Source: Gemmiger sp.
GTDB lineage: Bacteria > Bacillota > Clostridia > Oscillospirales > Ruminococcaceae
Direction of reading: 5' to 3'
Length of the DNA: 63,850 bases
NCBI GenBank assembly: GCA_963629755.1
Contig: CAVGKH010000001.1
Location: 1 to 63,850, forward strand
The notes below the pieces were generated by a model. It was not told the origin of the DNA, searched no databases, and saw only the letters and a list, made by a program, of their open reading frames with translations. Below are positions 51,284 through 60,887 of this stretch, piece by piece. Made by a program: the position numbers and the translations under genes. Every line of letters begins with the position of its first letter. Position 1 is the stretch's first letter.

Positions 51284-52654
51284 ATGCTCGAAAATCTGTT
51301 TCATCTGAAACAAAACCGCACAGATGCCAAAACCGAGATCATGGCAGGTATCACCACCTTCATGACCATGGCTTACATTCTGGCGGTCAACCCCAATATC
51401 CTGTCGGCATCCGGCATGGATTCCGAAGCTGTGCTGATCGCTACGGCACTGGCTTCGTTTATCGGCACGGCGCTCATGGCGCTGCTGGCCAACTATCCCT
51501 TTGCACTGGCCCCCGGTATGGGTCTGAACGCCTATTTTGCCTACACCGTGGTGCTCACCATGGGCTACAGCTGGCAGCTGGCCCTTTTGGCCGTGTTTGC
51601 CGAGGGCGTTGTGTTTATCATTCTTTCGCTCACCAATGTACGCGAGGGCATTTTCAATGCCATTCCCATGACGCTGAAATCTGCGGTAAGCGTAGGCATC
51701 GGCCTGTTTGTGGCTTTTGTTGGCCTGCAGAATGCCAAGCTTATTGTAAACAGCGATTCTACTCTGGTCACCTACCAGCATTTTAAGGGCGAAACCTTTA
51801 ACAGCATCGGCATCGGCGCGATCTTGGCGCTCATCGGTGTGGCCATTACCGGCATTTTGCTGGTGAAAAAGGTAAAGGGCGGCATTCTGTACGGCATTAT
51901 CATCACCTGGGTGCTGGGCATCGTGTGCGAGATCGCCGGGCTGTATGTGCCCAACGCCGAGCTGGGCATGTATTCCGTGATCCCCACCCGCTTTGTGAGC
52001 TTTGACTTCTCGGCTCTGGGCAAAACCTTCGGCCAGGTGTTCACCGTAAGCCTTTCGGGCGAAAACTGGCTGAACTTCTTTGTGGTCATGTTCTCTTTTT
52101 TGTTTGTTGACCTGTTCGACACTCTGGGCACGCTGATCGGTGTTGCCAGCAAGGCTGACATGCTGGATGAAAACGGCAAGCTGCCCCACATCAAGGGCGC
52201 TTTGATGGCCGACTCTCTGGCCACCTGTGCAGGCGCTGTGCTGGGTACCTCGACCACCACCACCTTTGTGGAAAGCGCTTCGGGCGTTACCGAGGGCGGC
52301 CGCACCGGCCTTACCAGCATGACCACCGGTGTTTTGTTCCTGCTGGCTACCATTTTCAGCCCGCTGTTCCTCACCATTCCCTCGTTTGCCACGGCTCCCG
52401 CGCTGATCATCGTTGGCTTCTACATGATGAGCTCGGCCGTAAAGATCGACTTTAACGACCCCAGCGAGGGCATCCCCGCGTTCCTCACCATTCTGGCCAT
52501 GCCCACTGCCTACAGCATTTCGGAGGGCATCGCCATTGGCGTGATCTCGTGGACGATCATCAATGTGGTCACCGGCAAGGCCAGCGAAAAGAAGATCAGC
52601 CCCATCATGTATGTGCTGACCGTTCTGTTCATTCTGAAATATATTTTCCTGTAA
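51284..52654 (+). CDS. NCS2/AzgA family purine (adenine/guanine/hypoxanthine) permease
   Basis: 456 aa. TEIMAGITTFMTMAYILAVNP N-terminal signature. GGAGG RBS. Confidence 0.8.
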   Translation: MLENLFHLKQNRTDAKTEIMAGITTFMTMAYILAVNPNILSASGMDSEAVLIATALASFIGTALMALLANYPFALAPGMGLNAYFAYTVVLTMGYSWQLALLAVFAEGVVFIILSLTNVREGIFNAIPMTLKSAVSVGIGLFVAFVGLQNAKLIVNSDSTLVTYQHFKGETFNSIGIGAILALIGVAITGILLVKKVKGGILYGIIITWVLGIVCEIAGLYVPNAELGMYSVIPTRFVSFDFSALGKTFGQVFTVSLSGENWLNFFVVMFSFLFVDLFDTLGTLIGVASKADMLDENGKLPHIKGALMADSLATCAGAVLGTSTTTTFVESASGVTEGGRTGLTSMTTGVLFLLATIFSPLFLTIPSFATAPALIIVGFYMMSSAVKIDFNDPSEGIPAFLTILAMPTAYSISEGIAIGVISWTIINVVTGKASEKKISPIMYVLTVLFILKYIFL

Positions 52655-52661
52655 AAAGCAA

Positions 52662-52695
52662 AGCAGTCCGTTTTTTCAAAGCGGGCTGCTTTTTG
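52662..52695 (+). terminator. intrinsic terminator
   Basis: AGCAGTCCG/CGGGCTGCT stem followed by TTTTT. Confidence 0.7.
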
Positions 52696-52738
52696 TATAC
52701 AAATGCGGATACACTACTATCAAGGAGGTCTGTTTTTC

Positions 52739-54067
52739 ATGGCAGAAAAAATCGACTACTCGCAGGGCATTTACGATGCCCGCAGCCTGGGCACACCCAA
52801 GCTGCTGATCCTGGGCGCGCAGCATATGTTTGCCATGTTTGGCGCAACCGTGCTGGTACCCCTGCTTACCGGCCTGAGCGTAAGCACCACCCTGCTGTGT
52901 GCAGGCCTGGGCACGCTGCTATTCCACTTTTTGTGCAAGGGTAAGGTGCCTGCCTTTTTAGGCTCCAGCTTTGCATACCTCGGCGGCTTTACCATTGTAA
53001 CGGGCAGCGGCGAAAATCCCGAAAACTTGCCCTATGCCTGCGCGGCCGTGGCTTTTTCGGGCCTTGTGTATGTGCTGTTCAGCTGCTTGATCTCGGCGTT
53101 CGGCATTCGCAAAATGATGAAGTTCTTTCCGCCCGTGGTCACCGGCCCTATCATTATTTCCATCGGTCTGATCCTGGCTCCCAGCGCCATTACCAACTGC
53201 CAGACCAACTGGCTGCTGGCCTTTGTGGCGCTGGCTACCGTGATCGTGTGCAATATCTGGGGCAAAGGCATGGTAAAGATCCTGCCCATTCTGCTGGGCG
53301 TACTGGCCGCTTATGCCGTGGCCCTGGTCACCGGTGCGGTAGATTTTGAAGCCATCGGCCAAGCAGCCTGGTTCGGCGTGCCCCTGCACAAAGAGCGCAT
53401 GGGCCTGTTTGCCATTGACGGCAGCGAGCAGTTTATCAGCGCGCTGCTTACCATTGTTCCCATCGCGCTGGCTACCATGATGGAGCACATCGGCGATATT
53501 GCCGCCATCAGCGCCACCACCGGCAAAAACTATATCCGTGACCCGGGCCTTAACAAAACCCTGCTGGGCGACGGCCTTGCCACCGCCATGGCCGGCCTTT
53601 TGGGCGGTCCCGCCAACACCACCTACGGTGAAAACACCGGTGTGCTGGCACTCACCAAAATTTACGACCCGCTCGTGATCCGCATCGCCGCGGTGTTTGC
53701 CATGATCCTGAGCTTCTGCCCCAAGTTTGAGGCCGTGATCAACACCATTCCCTCCGGCATTGTGGGCGGCATCAGTTTTGTGCTGTATGGCATGATCTCA
53801 GCCATCGGTGTGCGCAATGTAGTAGAAAACCAGGTCGATTTTACCAATTCGCGCAATTTGATCATCGCCGCCGTGATTCTGGTGTGCGCGCTGGGCTTCA
53901 ACTCGGTGGGCGGCATCACCTTTGCCGTGGCAGGCGTTACGATCAATCTTTCGGGCCTTGCTATTGCCGCCATTGCAGGCATCGGCTTGAACGCCCTGCT
54001 GCCCGGCAACGACTATGAGTTCGACAGCACCAAGGGCGACGGCGAAGGCGCCAGCCTGCGCGTGTAA
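52739..54067 (+). CDS. uraA: uracil permease (NCS2 family)
   Basis: 442 aa from ATG 52739 (AAGGAGG RBS). GAQHMFAMFGATVLVPLLTG and KGKVPAFLGSSFAY closely resemble UraA/PyrP motifs. Confidence 0.75.
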   Translation: MAEKIDYSQGIYDARSLGTPKLLILGAQHMFAMFGATVLVPLLTGLSVSTTLLCAGLGTLLFHFLCKGKVPAFLGSSFAYLGGFTIVTGSGENPENLPYACAAVAFSGLVYVLFSCLISAFGIRKMMKFFPPVVTGPIIISIGLILAPSAITNCQTNWLLAFVALATVIVCNIWGKGMVKILPILLGVLAAYAVALVTGAVDFEAIGQAAWFGVPLHKERMGLFAIDGSEQFISALLTIVPIALATMMEHIGDIAAISATTGKNYIRDPGLNKTLLGDGLATAMAGLLGGPANTTYGENTGVLALTKIYDPLVIRIAAVFAMILSFCPKFEAVINTIPSGIVGGISFVLYGMISAIGVRNVVENQVDFTNSRNLIIAAVILVCALGFNSVGGITFAVAGVTINLSGLAIAAIAGIGLNALLPGNDYEFDSTKGDGEGASLRV

Positions 54068-54094
54068 GCCAAAATCCCCATTAAGCTATAAAAA

Positions 54095-54140
54095 GGCCGC
54101 AGCCTCTGCTTTTTTGCAGAAAACTGCGGCCCCTTATTTT
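54095..54140. terminator. bidirectional terminator
   Basis: GGCCGCAG..CTGCGGCC outer stem with inner TCTGC/GCAGA. T-rich on both sides. Confidence 0.7.
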
Positions 54141-54143
54141 GTT

Positions 54144-54650
54144 TTAACCGATCTTATCGTAGGCCAGGCGCGGGTCGTTATCCTCCTGCACATAAATCAC
54201 GCCGCGCTGGGTAAAGCCCAGCTTTGTGAGCAGGCGCTGCATCACAAGGTTATCGCCGTGGGTATCTACCCGCAAATGGCGGCAGCGCTCAAACGCCCAG
54301 TTCAGGCAGAATTCCCCCATGCCGGGCACCTCGCCGCTGGCAGCCAGGCGGTGCACTACGCCATATTCGGCACTGCTGCCCCAGCTGCCGTTTTCGATCT
54401 TGCGGTAGGTCGGGTCGATATCCACTCCCTGCAAATATACAAACACTGCGGCGATCTTATCTTCTTCGGCCACCGCCACATACATGCGCCCGGCCCGGAT
54501 ATCCTCTTTTAAAAGCTCCTCGGGCGGCCAAGTAGTGCTCCACTGGCGCGGGTTTCCATGCTCGGCCATAAACTGCCTTGCATGGGCATAAATAGCCAGC
54601 ACAGCAGGCAGGTCTTCGCGAGAAGCAGGGCGAATAAATACATTGCTCAT
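54144..54650 (-). CDS. GNAT family N-acetyltransferase
   Basis: 168 aa. Acetyl-CoA motif region VHRLAASGEVPGMG. Confidence 0.7.
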   Translation of the reverse strand: MSNVFIRPASREDLPAVLAIYAHARQFMAEHGNPRQWSTTWPPEELLKEDIRAGRMYVAVAEEDKIAAVFVYLQGVDIDPTYRKIENGSWGSSAEYGVVHRLAASGEVPGMGEFCLNWAFERCRHLRVDTHGDNLVMQRLLTKLGFTQRGVIYVQEDNDPRLAYDKIG

Positions 54651-54661
54651 AAATTTTCTCC

Positions 54662-55609
54662 TTAAAACAGGCCCTCAGGCAGGGCGATATCCTGCCGGGG
54701 GATCTTTTGCCAGCTAAACCCATTTAAAAGCTCGCCCGGTATGCGGGGAGCCGGGGTATCCTGCAGCCCCAGCGCATAAGCCATGCGGCCGATGATCTGC
54801 TCCGGCTCATAGCGCTGCTGCAGGTTTTCAAGGCTCTGGTCGCCGTCTCGCTTGCTTAAACGGCGGCCGTCCGGGGCCAAAAGCAGCGGCATATGATAAA
54901 ACTTTGGCGCTTTCAGCCCCAGCTCACGGTACAGCCACAGCTGGCGCGGCGTGCTGGATAAAAGATCCGCCCCGCGCACCACCTGTGTAACACCCATCAG
55001 GGCATCGTCTACCACCACAGCCAGCTGGTAGGCAAACACCCCATCGGCACGGCGCAGGTAAAAATCGCCGCAGTCGCGCGCCAGATCTTCGGCATATTTG
55101 CCCATATGGCCATCGGTAAAAGCAATGGTCTCGTGGGGCACGGTCACGCGCCAGGCCGGGGCTTTTCTTTTTTGCCGTTCGGCGATCTCGGCCGCCGTAA
55201 GGCTCCGGCAAGTGCCTGCATAGATCACCTGCCCGTCACTGCGGTGGGGCGCACTGGCCGCATGCAGCTGGCTGCGGCTGCAAAAGCAGGGATACACCAG
55301 CCCCTTGGCTGCCAGAAGATCATAATAGTGCTGATAGATCCGGCTGCGCTCGCTTTGGTAGTAGGGGCCCGCCGGGCCGCCTTTTGCGCCGCCCTCATCG
55401 GCCGCAAGCCCCAGCCAGGCAAGGTCAGCTTCTAAAAGATCAGCAAATTTGCGCGGGCAGCGCTCGGCATCCAGATCTTCTATGCGCAGCACCACCCGGC
55501 CCCCGGCGCTTTTGGCCGAAAGCCATGCCAGCAGGCAGCAGCACAAATTGCCCAGATGCATACGCCCGCTGGGGCTGGGCGCATAACGCCCTACCTCCCT
55601 GTTCGGCAT
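54662..55609 (-). CDS. gluQ: tRNA glutamyl-Q(34) synthetase
   Basis: 315 aa truncated GluRS catalytic domain without an anticodon-binding domain. GRYAPSPSGRMHLGN (HIGH-like) and LSKRD (KMSKS-like). Confidence 0.75.
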   Translation of the reverse strand: MPNREVGRYAPSPSGRMHLGNLCCCLLAWLSAKSAGGRVVLRIEDLDAERCPRKFADLLEADLAWLGLAADEGGAKGGPAGPYYQSERSRIYQHYYDLLAAKGLVYPCFCSRSQLHAASAPHRSDGQVIYAGTCRSLTAAEIAERQKRKAPAWRVTVPHETIAFTDGHMGKYAEDLARDCGDFYLRRADGVFAYQLAVVVDDALMGVTQVVRGADLLSSTPRQLWLYRELGLKAPKFYHMPLLLAPDGRRLSKRDGDQSLENLQQRYEPEQIIGRMAYALGLQDTPAPRIPGELLNGFSWQKIPRQDIALPEGLF

Positions 55610-55624
55610 AAAGCACTTCCTTTC

Positions 55625-56932
55625 TCACCCGATTTTCCAGCCGCCATCGGCAGCAGGGGCCAGCTCGGCATTATAAAATGCCAGTATGGCCTTTACCATG
55701 TAGTGTGCATCGACCGTGGCCGCGGTTTCTACACAGGAATGCATTGCCAGCTGTGCCAGGCCGATATCTGCCATAGGCATGCCCAGTGTGCGGTTCTGCA
55801 GATTGCCCAGCGTGCTGCCGCCAGGCTGCCCGGCGCGGTTGGCAAAATCCTGCACCGGCACACCGGCTCTTTCGCAGAGCTCGCGGAATACCGCACCGCT
55901 CAGACCATCGGTGGTATAGCTTTGGTTAGCCGCCCATTTCAGCACCACACCGCCGCCCAGGCGGGGCGCACTCTGCGGGTCAGCCTTTTCGGGGTGTGCG
56001 GGGTGCACAGCGTGTGCATTGTCGCAACTCAGCGCAAAGCCGGAGGCTTTTGCCGCAGCGGCCTGCTGGCGGCTGAGCCCCAGCGCCTCGGCAAAGCGAT
56101 CCATCGCTGTGGGCAAAAGATCGCCCAGCGCGCCCTTTCGGCTGCCGCTGCCTACCTCTTCGTTATCCAGCATCGCCCACACCAGCGCTGTGCCGGGCTG
56201 CGGCTCTGCCGCCAAGAAAGCACGCAGCGTAGTATAGGCGCATTCCAAATCATCGATGCGGGGCGAGGCAAACAGCTCGCCCCCGGTGCCAAGGCTCACG
56301 GCTTTTTGCCGCGGGCAAAGCGTGAGATCCATTGCCAGAATATCCGTATGCGGGCAAACACCGCCCTCTCCGGCTAAAAGATCGCGCAGGGTCATATCGC
56401 TCTGCAGGCCCAGCAGAGGCTGCAGTTCGGTTTGCGGCTGCGGCTTATGGCCATCGTTTAAAGTGCGGTCCATATGGATCGCAAGGCTCGGCATGATGCA
56501 GAGGTCGCGGTCAATATACACAAGGCGCTGGCGGATACCCTCACCCCCGCGCACCAGAATGCGCCCTGCCACAGTAAGCGGGCGGTCAAACCAGGTGTTC
56601 ATGATCAGCCCGCCGTAAGGCTCTACCTCCAAACGAATGGTATCGCCGGGTGCGGGCACCTCGGTGGCTTTTACCCGAAAGGTCGGGCTGTCGCCATGGC
56701 TGGCCGTCAGCCTCCAGGCAGTCAGCCCGCCGTTTTGGGGCAATGCAAATGCGACCACCGCCGTGCCGCCGCGGCAGATATAATATTTTCCGCCCCACTC
56801 CGGGGCCCAGATCTCATTTTCTAAAAGCGGTTTAAATCCAGCCTCCCGCAGCAGCTGTATTGCCCCAGCCGCGCTGTGATACGGGCTTACGCCTTTATCC
56901 AAAAAATCGTATAATCCTGCCAACGGTTCCAT
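55625..56932 (-). CDS. M18 family aminopeptidase
   Basis: 435 aa. N-terminus FLDKGVSPYHSAA and motifs DNEEVGS and MHS are typical of M18 aminopeptidases. Confidence 0.8.
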   Translation of the reverse strand: MEPLAGLYDFLDKGVSPYHSAAGAIQLLREAGFKPLLENEIWAPEWGGKYYICRGGTAVVAFALPQNGGLTAWRLTASHGDSPTFRVKATEVPAPGDTIRLEVEPYGGLIMNTWFDRPLTVAGRILVRGGEGIRQRLVYIDRDLCIMPSLAIHMDRTLNDGHKPQPQTELQPLLGLQSDMTLRDLLAGEGGVCPHTDILAMDLTLCPRQKAVSLGTGGELFASPRIDDLECAYTTLRAFLAAEPQPGTALVWAMLDNEEVGSGSRKGALGDLLPTAMDRFAEALGLSRQQAAAAKASGFALSCDNAHAVHPAHPEKADPQSAPRLGGGVVLKWAANQSYTTDGLSGAVFRELCERAGVPVQDFANRAGQPGGSTLGNLQNRTLGMPMADIGLAQLAMHSCVETAATVDAHYMVKAILAFYNAELAPAADGGWKIG

Positions 56933-57120
56933 GTTACCGATCCACCCTTTCCTGCATCCGATTGAAACGGCATAAAATATGCTATAATTATAGTGCGTAT
57001 AAATTCCATCGGCAAGCCCTGCTTTTCCTTGGGCACATTCTTATGCCCTCTGGCATAGCATGGGCTGAGCAAACGGCTCTTTGCTTTTTGTTTTCGGTTT
57101 GCCGCAAAGGAGGTTTTGCC

Positions 57121-57801
57121 ATGAAATATCCAAAATTATTTGCCCGGCTGGGGCTTGCTGCTCTGACCTGCGCTGTGCTGGCCGGGTGTGCTGCTTCTTC
57201 CGGCAGCGACCCCAGCGCCTTGGGCGCAGCCGCCAGCCACACTCCGGCTGACCCATCCGGTACAACTGCACAGTCCGGTGCCCCGGCTGACCAGCCTATT
57301 GCTGACTCTGAGCCTGATACGGCGCATATTCCAAGCTCTGACCCCGATGCAAACCCCATGCCCAGCGTGAGCCAGACTACGCAGGAGCTGACGGATTCGC
57401 TGGAGGGTACGGTAAGCTACGGCCAGGGCACCGCCGGTTCCAGCCTACAAGAGCATAAGGCCGCAGCCGATGTGCTGGACTGGGTAGACAGCGACAACGG
57501 CCAGACCGTGCTGGCCGACCCGGATACGCTTACCCTGACACAGGCGCTGGAAGCCTGGTTTGCCAGCCTGACCCCTGCCCAGCAGGAGCATTTTTATGAG
57601 AACTGGCCCGAGGTGGATACCCGTGCGCAGGCCATTGTGGACCGCCCCGATGATCACAAGGAGCCCTTGGATGTAGCTGGGGCCGACCGCAACGACTATA
57701 CGGATTATGAGGGTGATTACCCCACCTTTTCAGAGTATGTGGCAAAGCTGTATACTGCCAAATACGGCCAGAAGCCCAGTGAATCGGCACAGATGGGATA
57801 A
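57121..57801 (+). CDS. lipoprotein, function unknown
   Basis: 226 aa from ATG 57121 (AAAGGAGG RBS). Lipobox VLAGC, low-complexity Pro/Ser/Asp linker, acidic C-terminal domain. Confidence 0.6.
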   Translation: MKYPKLFARLGLAALTCAVLAGCAASSGSDPSALGAAASHTPADPSGTTAQSGAPADQPIADSEPDTAHIPSSDPDANPMPSVSQTTQELTDSLEGTVSYGQGTAGSSLQEHKAAADVLDWVDSDNGQTVLADPDTLTLTQALEAWFASLTPAQQEHFYENWPEVDTRAQAIVDRPDDHKEPLDVAGADRNDYTDYEGDYPTFSEYVAKLYTAKYGQKPSESAQMG

Positions 57802-57830
57802 GCCCGCTTTTTTCTGAACAGCACGAAAAA

Positions 57831-57866
57831 AGCACCGGAGAACGGCAGGTTCTTCGGTGCTTTTTA
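57831..57866 (+). terminator. intrinsic terminator
   Basis: 13-bp stem AGCACCGGAGAAC/GTTCTTCGGTGCT followed by TTTTT. Confidence 0.8.
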
Positions 57867-57947
57867 TTTACAATAAGTATATTAAACGGATTGTATATTT
57901 AAAATACCGGTTTTTTTCTTCTTGTTGCAGTTGACAAATTAGCGGCA

Positions 57948-57993
57948 CAAAAAAGAAATAACCGCCCGGCCTCCGACAGCTGACGGTTATTTC
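57948..57993 (-). terminator. second minus-strand terminator-like hairpin in a gene-free gap
   Basis: Minus strand GAAATAACCG..CGGTTATTTC (10 bp) followed by TTTTTTGT. Confidence 0.45.
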
Positions 57994-58081
57994 TGTCATC
58001 CATAGGGGCTAACCGCTCTAAAGAGCAGATACCCTTTCTGTGATTATCATAGTCTGCCTTTTGTCAAATTGCAAGCGCTTA

Positions 58082-58123
58082 CAAAAACAACTGCCTCGAA
58101 CCACAAGCCGTGATTCGGGGCAG
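58082..58123 (-). terminator. intrinsic terminator of the DUF362 gene
   Basis: Minus strand CTGCCCCGAA..TTCGAGGCAG (9 of 10 bp) followed by TTGTTTTTGT. Confidence 0.65.
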
Positions 58124-58172
58124 CTTTATGCCCAGTTATTTTACAAAAAGTATAATCATTGTAAAATAATAC

Positions 58173-59297
58173 TCATTTCATCTCCAGCAGCTCATAATCG
58201 CGGGTGCCTAGGCCGATTTTTTCCCCGTGCTCCAACTGTTCACGCCAGGCCGAACCGGGGGTCGTGTTGCTGAACGGATCTCCCAGATCTTTAAAGCCGG
58301 GCTTACGGAAGTTATCCGTGATTACCGAGTTCGGCAGCGGTGTGGCATTCATGCAGGCATCGGCGCAGGCCTGGTCGATCGCAACCGGGTCGAAGCTGGC
58401 AAACATACCAATGTCCGGCAGAATGGGTGCATCGTTGCAGCCATGGCAATCGCACATGGGGCTGATGTCTCGCGCAATGCTGATGTGAAAGCACGGGCGG
58501 CCATCACATACGGCCTTGGCATACTCGGCCATCTTGCAGTCCAGCAATTCGTTGGCACTGGCATTCGTGGCATAGATCGCATCAAAGTTGCAGCCGCCGA
58601 TGCAGCGCCCGCAGCCTACGCACTTGGTTTCATCAATATGTGCCTTGCCGCTCTCGTAGCTGATGGCATCGCTGCCGCACTCACGGGCACACAGCTTACA
58701 GCCGCGGCACATTTTTTCTGATACCCGGGGCTTGCCCGCATTGTGCTGTTCCATCTTGCCGGCACGACTGCCGCAGCCCATGCCAATGTTTTTGATAGCA
58801 CCGCCGAAGCCGGTAGCCTCGTGGCCCTTAAAGTGGGTAAGGCTGATAAAGATATCTGCATCCATCACGGCACGGCCAATGCGCGCCGTTTTGCAGTATT
58901 CGGCCCCCTCCACAGGCACCACTACTTCGTCGGTGCCCTTGAGGCCGTCGCCGATGATCACCTGGCAGCCGGTGGTCGTGAGGTTAAAGCCATTGATGGC
59001 CGCACATTCCAGGTGGTCGAGTGCATTCTTGCGGCTGCCGGGATACAGCGTGTTGCAGTCCACCAAAAACGGCTTGCCGCCCAGCCGCTTTACTTCATCG
59101 GCCACAGCTTTAGCATAGGCAGGGCGCAGATAGCTCAGGTTGCCCAGTTCGCCAAAGTGCAGCTTGATCGCCACAAACTTGCCCTCAAAATCAATCTGTT
59201 CCATTCCGGCACGGCGCATAAGCTTTTTCAGCTTATCCGTAACGGGCATTTCAGCCGGTGTGCGAAAATTGGTAAAGTACACCTTTGCTTTTTCCAT
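58173..59297 (-). CDS. DUF362 domain protein with 2x[4Fe-4S] ferredoxin insert
   Basis: 374 aa. CRGCKLCARECGSDA and CVGCGRCIGGCNFDA cluster motifs. N-terminal KVYFTNFR..VAIKLHFGE is DUF362-like. Confidence 0.7.
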   Translation of the reverse strand: MEKAKVYFTNFRTPAEMPVTDKLKKLMRRAGMEQIDFEGKFVAIKLHFGELGNLSYLRPAYAKAVADEVKRLGGKPFLVDCNTLYPGSRKNALDHLECAAINGFNLTTTGCQVIIGDGLKGTDEVVVPVEGAEYCKTARIGRAVMDADIFISLTHFKGHEATGFGGAIKNIGMGCGSRAGKMEQHNAGKPRVSEKMCRGCKLCARECGSDAISYESGKAHIDETKCVGCGRCIGGCNFDAIYATNASANELLDCKMAEYAKAVCDGRPCFHISIARDISPMCDCHGCNDAPILPDIGMFASFDPVAIDQACADACMNATPLPNSVITDNFRKPGFKDLGDPFSNTTPGSAWREQLEHGEKIGLGTRDYELLEMK

Positions 59298-59388
59298 GGT
59301 CGTTTTCTCCTATCCATTTAAATTTAAAAATAGCTTTTTCCCATTAAGCGCTGTTTTTAAAGCGGCTGTGCCGCCTTTATCCCCATTC

Positions 59389-60243
59389 TTATGCTGCGGC
59401 CCCGATCAGCCCGGCCGCCGATGCAGCCAGCACCAGAAGGCCCAGCACAATGCGGTAAATGCCGAACGCCTTAAAGTCGTGGCTGCGCACATAGTTCATT
59501 AAAAAGCGGATCGCCAAAAGCGAGGTGACAAACGCTACTACACAGCCTGTGACCAGCACCATGATCTCGGCGCCGCCAAAACTGCCGCCGCCTGCCAGGA
59601 ATTTGACTACCTTTAAGCCGGAAGCGCCTGCCATTACAGGGATCGCCAAAAAGAAGGTGAAACGGCTGGTCACACTGCGGCTCATACCCAAAAGCAGGCC
59701 GCCGATAATGGTAGCGCCGCTGCGGCTTGTGCCGGGCACCAGAGCCAGCACCTGCCACACGCCCACGATCAGCGCATCCTTATAAGTAATGCGGCTGATT
59801 TTTTCTACCTGGGGCTGAATGTGCCGGTTTTCCACCACAATAAATACCACACCGTAAAAAATCAGCATGATGCCTACTACCAGCGGGTTATAAAAGTGAG
59901 CATCCATCCAGTCATCCAGCAAAAATCCCAGCACAGCGGCGGGCAGGCTGGCCACCACGATCTTGCACCACAGGCGGAAGATCGGCCATTTTACCCATTT
60001 GGCCGCCCCTTTATCCTTGCCGTTGTTTTGGGTAAATGGCCAGAGCTGTTTCCAGTACAGCACCACCACGGCCAAGATCGCACCCAGCTGAATGACCACA
60101 CGGAACATTTCCAAAAATGCATCGCTCAAATCAAACTGCAAAAACTGCTCGGCCAAAATCATATGGCCGGTGCTGGAAATGGGCAGCCACTCGGTGATGC
60201 CCTCGATCGCACCGTAAATCAGCGCCTTTAAAAAATTCAGCAT
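59389..60243 (-). CDS. uppP: undecaprenyl-diphosphate phosphatase
   Basis: 284 aa. GAIEGITEWLPISSTGH and PGTSRSGATI motifs. Confidence 0.9.
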   Translation of the reverse strand: MLNFLKALIYGAIEGITEWLPISSTGHMILAEQFLQFDLSDAFLEMFRVVIQLGAILAVVVLYWKQLWPFTQNNGKDKGAAKWVKWPIFRLWCKIVVASLPAAVLGFLLDDWMDAHFYNPLVVGIMLIFYGVVFIVVENRHIQPQVEKISRITYKDALIVGVWQVLALVPGTSRSGATIIGGLLLGMSRSVTSRFTFFLAIPVMAGASGLKVVKFLAGGGSFGGAEIMVLVTGCVVAFVTSLLAIRFLMNYVRSHDFKAFGIYRIVLGLLVLAASAAGLIGAAA

Positions 60244-60470
60244 ACTCTATTTGCTCCTTTTTATAGACTGCGCACTGCCCCCGGCTGCTGTTTAAAAAGC
60301 CCAGCATAACGCTCTTAAATCATTTCCTTTGCAGCCGGGGTGCACAGTTTTCTATTGTTAGTATAGCACTGCCGCCCCCTTGGGCGCAATTGCCCTTTTG
60401 CTTTAAATAGGATATACTATATATTATTTATTTCTATTCCTGTATGTCTACTGAAAGGAGCTGCCGCCCC

Positions 60471-60887
60471 ATGCCTGAGCCGCTTTTTGCTTTTCCCTTT
60501 GGCTGCCGCAAGGGCGGCCTTTTGGTGCTGGCTGCCCTTGCGGCGCTGGTGCTCACCCTGGCAGCGGCTTTTCTTTGGCAGGGGCTTATTTTACTGCTGT
60601 TTTTTGCAGGCTTTTTTGCACTGTTTTCCGCCGGGCTTTTGCTGGCGTTCGGCAATTTGCAGGTAAGCTTTTCAGCCGGGCGTGTGCTGATCTGCCGCGG
60701 CACATTTTTTCCTGTGCACATTACCTGCCCGGCGCGCTCTATTTTGGCTGTAAGTGCTTTTTCTACGCCGGTCCTGCGCCGCATGGGCTGTCCGGTGGTG
60801 CTGCTCACGCTCAACGGCCGCACCGTTCTGCTGCCCGCCGTGCCCCGTGCTGGTTATGAGGCACTGTGCGCATTAAGCGGGAGGTGA
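60471..60887 (+). CDS. YdbS-like membrane protein with bacterial PH domain
   Basis: 138 aa from ATG 60471 (GAAAGGAG RBS; alternative ATG 60444). Two TM helices followed by a small domain. Confidence 0.5.
   Translation: MPEPLFAFPFGCRKGGLLVLAALAALVLTLAAAFLWQGLILLLFFAGFFALFSAGLLLAFGNLQVSFSAGRVLICRGTFFPVHITCPARSILAVSAFSTPVLRRMGCPVVLLTLNGRTVLLPAVPRAGYEALCALSGR

Noticed and set aside
58040-58273. 77-aa plus-strand ORF in the gap before the DUF362 gene.
   Set aside because: It has no RBS, spans a terminator and the 3' end of the convergent gene, and has an AT-rich non-coding composition.
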